A stretch of DNA of 63,844 nucleotides, filler included, from Pelomyxa schiedti (taxonomy: Eukaryota > Protista > Evosea), in assembly GCA_020536535.1 (NCBI GenBank). It is 13 parts of 13 records of this genome, joined end to end, with 100 filler letters (N's around TTAATTAATTAA, not from the genome) between each part and the next. Parts side by side here need not be neighbours in the genome. Positions count along the whole stretch, not along the records: positions 45,955 to 62,567 come from JAHLWZ010000130.1; positions 62,668 to 63,844 come from JAHLWZ010002733.1; 11 more parts are not named here. The stretch is one strand, 5' to 3'. How positions within the stretch are numbered: position 1 is the first letter of the stretch; every line of letters begins with the position of its first letter. Positions 58,896 to 63,844 of the stretch are shown here, piece after piece. Position numbers and translations under genes: made by a program. A model generated the notes under the pieces. That model saw nothing but the letters and a program-made list of their open reading frames with translations, searched no databases and was not told the origin of the DNA.

Positions 58896-61358
58896 ATGAC
58901 AACGCCACCACTGTCACAGGAACCGCGCTCCTTGCTCACCGCATGCGAGCACGGCGACATGCCCCCGCTCCCGTACCCCACCTGGGACTTCAACACTCCC
59001 ATCACCACCGCGGGCGCCACCATGCTCCACATCGCGTGCCAGCGCGGGCACGTGCGGCTCGCGAGGCAGCTCCTCGCCGTGGGCGCGACGCGCAGCCCGC
59101 CGATCGACCCAAACCCCACTGCCTTCTGCGGGGGTCATACGCCACTGTGCGAAGCTTCCGAATACGGCAAGAAGGCGGTGGTGAGGGTGCTGCTGGCAAC
59201 GAGCGGTGTGGATGTGAACAAGGGGTGCCCGCTGGCCTTGGCGTGTATGGGGAACCACATGGGCGTGGTGGTGGCGCTGCTCGGGTGCCCACGCGTGGAC
59301 GTCAACGCGGTGTATACTTCGGCGTACCTGTCTCTTGATGGCCAAACGGCACTGCACGCGGCTTGTGACCGTGGATTCCTGAAAGGAGTGAAGGCTCTGC
59401 TCCAGGTCAATGGAATTGACACAAACCGCAAAAACCGCGAAGGTGAAACACCACTTGACGTGGCAACAAGACTGAATCGCACTGATATCTGCAAGCTCTT
59501 GAGGGATCACAACACGAGAAGACAATCCCCGCAGCCCACCACAAACACACCAAAAAATAGCACATTTGAACGGGAGTTGAGTGAGAAAGAGAGAGAAATT
59601 GCAAGAATCACAGGGGAGAACAAACTGCTTGGAGAATCACTGAGGGAAATGAATGAGAGGGTGATGAATCTGGAAGGGAAACTGCAAGAAAAGGAGAAGA
59701 GGATCAAGACACTTGAGGAGGAGAACTCTGTTCTCAAAGAATGTTACAAGGTGTGTCGTGTTGTTCCCATCCTTCCCCAAGAAGTCGTGGTCCATCATCA
59801 ACACTGACCACTAAAATCCGTGTTGTTCACTCCCACCAACAAAAAACACACATCACACACAGGAGAGAGCAGAGACGATGACATCGTTGGTTGGAGCGAA
59901 CATTGATTCATTTGCAATGATGAAATTTCTCGGTTCAGGCTCAAATGCAGCCACATTCCACGTGAAATTTTTCCCCAGGGGAACAACCGGCAGCGTGCTG
60001 TTGCCCCTCCTCCAACCTTCTTCTTCTTCTCTTCCTCCTCCTTCCACCACCACACAACCTCCTCTGCCTCTGGACAACAACACCAAAAACGATCAAAACA
60101 ACACACAACCACCAACGATGGCAATGAAAGTTCTGTTCAACTGGGAGAACACAGCACAGCAGACACTGATCAAGCAGAAGTACATGAAAGAGTGCATCGT
60201 TCTTGCATCTGTCCCACTTCATCCAAATGTTATCCACCCTCTTGGAACTCTTGTCATTCCGAGGTGTGTGTGTTTTATACGCACTCCATAAATAAGAAAT
60301 AAATGGAGTAAAAAGTAGAAGTGATAAATGAAATAAACAGTAGAAGTTATGATATAAACTATTTAGAATGAAGAGCAAAAATGAAGAAATTAAGCAGTTC
60401 TTGAGAACAATTGTAAAAAAACATACATAAAAAAAAGACCTTCTTGTTGTTAAGCTTTAAACCACAAAAAAAAGATTTCCACCAGAGTTCATCGAGGAAA
60501 TACCTTCTGATCAGCCAGTTTACAAAGAGTTTGCACTGAACAAGTCACTTGCTTTCCTTCTTCCTTTCTGTGGTGTTCCATTGCCCAAGTTTCTGTCAAA
60601 TATGCCTTCTTCTTGTGCCACAGCCACATCTGCAGCATCAACCACCCCTCATCAGGTTGGCGCCGAGGCCAGCACAACCAGCACGGTGAGGAACTTGCTT
60701 TTCCAATCACTGAGTGCTGTGGCCCACATTGAAAGAGCACATGTGATCCACAGGTTGTTCTTTTTTTTTTCAAATTCAGTATTTTGCTCACAATTCCCAT
60801 CAATCAAATCGCAGAGACATCAAAGGAGACAACATCCTTGTTGACCCAGCCACTCACAAGCTCACGTTGATCGACTTTGGAGAAGCTGTGGAGTGTTGCT
60901 CCGCCGACGATGATGACGACTCGCTGCAAGTCATGTTGACGAGGGCAGACAACGGGCAGGTGTGGGGGAACACAGGCACGATGCCACCCGAGGTGAGTGC
61001 ACTCTCCAGGGACCTCATGAGGATGCGTGGCCCGTCCTGCGTGTTCTCGTTTGCCAAGTGTGACTCCTTCTCCCTCGCCCTCACGTTTTACGATGCGATG
61101 CTTCCTCCCACCAACAAGTTCATTGGAAAGTTCAAACAAGACATGTGCACCTTCTCCACTGAGTTGCTCCCTTCACTCCCTCCTCAGCAATGGAACAACA
61201 ACACCACCACGGCCGCCATCACGGCAACAGCAACGGCAGCAAGACCCACTGGCAGAGTGAACGGCACCATTGCGCAGGTTCTTGTTGGGATGATGTCGCG
61301 TGATCGCACCACCAGGCTGTCTGCTTCTGATGCTCTCAACTCATTGCACTCAATTTAA
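58896..61358 (+). CDS. Ankyrin-repeat + coiled-coil + protein kinase, copy 2 (complete)
   Basis: Same architecture as copy 1, continuing through KCDSFSLALTFY and VLVGMMSRDRTTRLSASDAL to stop 61358. Confidence 0.9.
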
Positions 61359-61686
61359 ATTGGAGAACACCACCGCACATTCATTAGACACTGAACTCAC
61401 TTTGTTTCTGAACTCCTCTAGGAACGGTAAATACCTCAATAACAGTGGAGGAAACATCATCAGGGATCAACCAAAACCAAGTGATTATTATCGATAAAAC
61501 GCACAATCACTGGTGCCAGTCCACACAATTGCAATTGGGACTTGTGGCAGAAAAAAGAGACGTGATGTGTCTTCCCATTATTGTGTGTTGCCTAACACCG
61601 ACCAATGGAATGACAAGCAGACGGGGTATTCAATTGTTTATTTTACTTCTCCTCTGGGCTAATCAATTCCAAGGGCACACAGCACT

Positions 61687-62567
61687 TCACTCACGAGGAG
61701 GGGAAACAGAACCAGTCCCCAGCCGTTGTTCCCTCAGCAAACTCAATGCAAGCAAGAGCAGTGCCAGAGAGGGGCCCAACAAGCCTAACTCAACAATACT
61801 AAGTGTAAGAGGGCAGACCCTGAGCTTGATCAGGTGGCGCTTCCACTTCTTTTCTCGCGGTGCTGTGCTTTTGACTTTCAGTTTGGCCCACTGCTCACTG
61901 GGCACCATCACAATGACACTGTAACAAGTGCACAGCACATACTCACGAAAGAACATACAAATGAAGGACTCCGGGAGTACTCTAGCACTTGCAGCACCAC
62001 ACACAGACTGGGTGGTGGGACATCAGAAAGGCCAGCATCACCTTAGCCATTGGATTGTACACCACAGAGGAGCTCACAGCCCCACCAGAATGACCAGAAT
62101 AAACAGCATCATCACACTTCCAGAGTTGCTCTCGATGATGTCATCATGGGAATCCAGTTCCTCGGCACCACTGCCGGAGTCGCTGCCCCCTCCTCCTTTA
62201 TTCTCATCATTATTTTGTTGCTCATCCACATCACAATTTTTTTTGTTGATTTGATTTGTGTGCCTTTTCTTGCCAGTCGTGAGCCTTGGGACACAACCAC
62301 AGGCCTTGCACCACAACCAACACGGCAGTGTTTTCTCCAAGAAGCACTTGGGTCGACGAAAAACCAACCTGAAAGTCTTTTCGTTTTTGTCTCCCACAAT
62401 TCCCTACCAGAGAAATTATTGGTGAGCAAAAAAGAACGAACCTGAATAGACAGCGCTGATCACGGCCTGGCTGAGCGAGAGGGACTGGGAGGGGGCCTCG
62501 TACGGGGCTAGGTCTGAGAGAACACTTTCCCGGGGATTGCTCCCCAACAAAGTTAGTAACTCGGACC
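61687..62567 (-). CDS. Hypothetical protein fragments, possibly with membrane segments
   Basis: Several short minus-strand frames with hydrophobic stretches (IVELGLLGPSLALLLLALSLL); exon structure unresolved. Confidence 0.3.
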
Positions 62568-63117
62568 NNNNNNNNNNNNNNNNNNNNNNNNNNNNNNNNN
62601 NNNNNNNNNNNTTAATTAATTAANNNNNNNNNNNNNNNNNNNNNNNNNNNNNNNNNNNNNNNNNNNNCCTCTGTTTCTCAAGTTAGGAATGACAACAGCG
62701 ATAGAAAAATCTCGTAGATCGTGTGAGTGTGAGTTACAAGCGATACCTGTGCACGCTCCAGCAGTTCCGCCCGCGTTAAAGTGGATCTTGTGGCCTGCGG
62801 GCCACGTCTTTGTGTTTCACCAGGAAATAACATTTTTCTGTTGCCCTGCCTCTTACTCCAACAGAGGAAAAAAAACAAAAACCGACTCACACGGCCGAGC
62901 AGGCAACTACCGTACACACAATAAACACGTGAAGCGAATTGCTCGAATTGCCCATTCCTTTGTGATGATTGGGGGGTCTGAATCTCCCTGTCATCAATCA
63001 CATAGTAGAATGCAGCGGGAGTTCCTACAGGGCAAGGAGGGAGGTGTTGTGGAGAATACACAGAACCAACCAACTGTAGAGATAAGAGATTTAATTTCGT
63101 GTTGTTTTGCCTGCTGG

Positions 63118-63844
63118 ATGTCGAAGCCTGCCAGCGTGGCGACGAATGTCAGGCGATTTAATGTGACATATGCCAAACCCATCAAGCAAAGAAAGTACAT
63201 GGATGGCACACTTGTATTTAATCCAGACAACAAGAAAGTCACTCTGCGAGATTTCAACGTAACATAGCCCCTCCCTTGCTTCCTTATTAATTTTGACTTA
63301 CGACAACAGGGCACAGTGTTGGACAGGTGGGTCAAATTGGGACTCAAGTGTTTCTTTATTCTTACTGTTGTTTTTCCTTGTTAAATTCATTTTTTAATTG
63401 ATATGGCTAGAAATATTTCCCCTCACAATGGTTCTTAACTATTTTGCAGTGAATTCATGTCCCGCCCTGTGGAGGTTGGTGGAGAAATTACACTTGAACG
63501 GTGGGTTGTCTCAATTGATGAAGAAGTTTTTACAACAGCATCACAACCCACTTTGCCCACTGCTGCCTCCACTATTACGAGCTGTTCAACCAAATCTGTG
63601 CCTACCTTATGTCTGTTATTTTTTTAAAAAAAGCTCTAACTCAGTTATGTAGCAGCACAGCTTCCTAAAGTTTCCTCTTTGTATAAAGTTCCTGTGTGTA
63701 TGTTGGTTTTTTGTTTCCTACCAATAATGTTCACAGTTTAAAACACCATTTCGCACTGACAAAGCTCCCGCCTCAATGAATGCACCTGAAACCTCCAGTA
63801 CATCTCGAGTCACAACAAAAACACAAACAACTCTAAAGACTTCC
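63118..63844 (+). CDS. DUF2439 (ZGRF1/Mte1 N-terminal-like) protein, 5' part
   Basis: MSKPASVATNVRRFNVTYAKPIKQRKYMDGTLVFNPDNKKVTLRD resembles the Y...K.K.(W/Y).DG.L.F....K.. L.D pattern. Confidence 0.5.

Noticed and set aside
1-63844. CRISPR arrays, tRNA/rRNA genes, telomeric repeats, genetic-code reassignment
   Set aside because: None seen. In-frame stops in conserved genes are explained by GT-AG introns, and (caa)n/(acc)n runs are coding low-complexity tracts.

Overview
This window is not one locus. It is 13 small eukaryotic scaffolds joined by an artificial 100-nt spacer (44 N + TTAATTAATTAA + 44 N, stops in all six frames). The scaffolds are 1-3233, 3334-8560, 8661-11123, 11224-18292, 18393-20953, 21054-23559, 23660-26282, 26383-27638, 27739-30166, 30267-31306, 31407-45854, 45955-62567 and 62668-63844. 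Eight internal ~100-N gaps often have duplicated flanks. The DNA is gene-dense with many short GT-AG introns, consistent with a protist; the gene families suggest a Pelomyxa-like archamoeba (inference, not verified). Housekeeping genes are ARL16, RTF2, class I PITP, glucosidase II alpha (GH31), an MFS transporter, a HAD-IB phosphatase, a TRIM-like RBCC protein and a DUF2439-like start. Mobile DNA comprises an uninterrupted Ty3/gypsy pol fragment, two gypsy relics and a dispersed ~300-bp repeat arranged as an inverted pair. The most interesting items are four. (i) Two ankyrin-coiled-coil-kinase genes whose differences cluster at DARPin-type binding positions while the stalk and kinase stay nearly identical. 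(ii) A head-to-tail array of MORN-coiled-coil-TKL kinase genes. (iii) An intron-containing caspase/metacaspase-like gene (GHG...FDAC). (iv) A predicted single gene fusing ubiquitin-like, E2 (UBC) and a truncated RING-like motif. All exon joins were made by eye and need RNA-seq confirmation. No CRISPR array, tRNA or rRNA was recognised.
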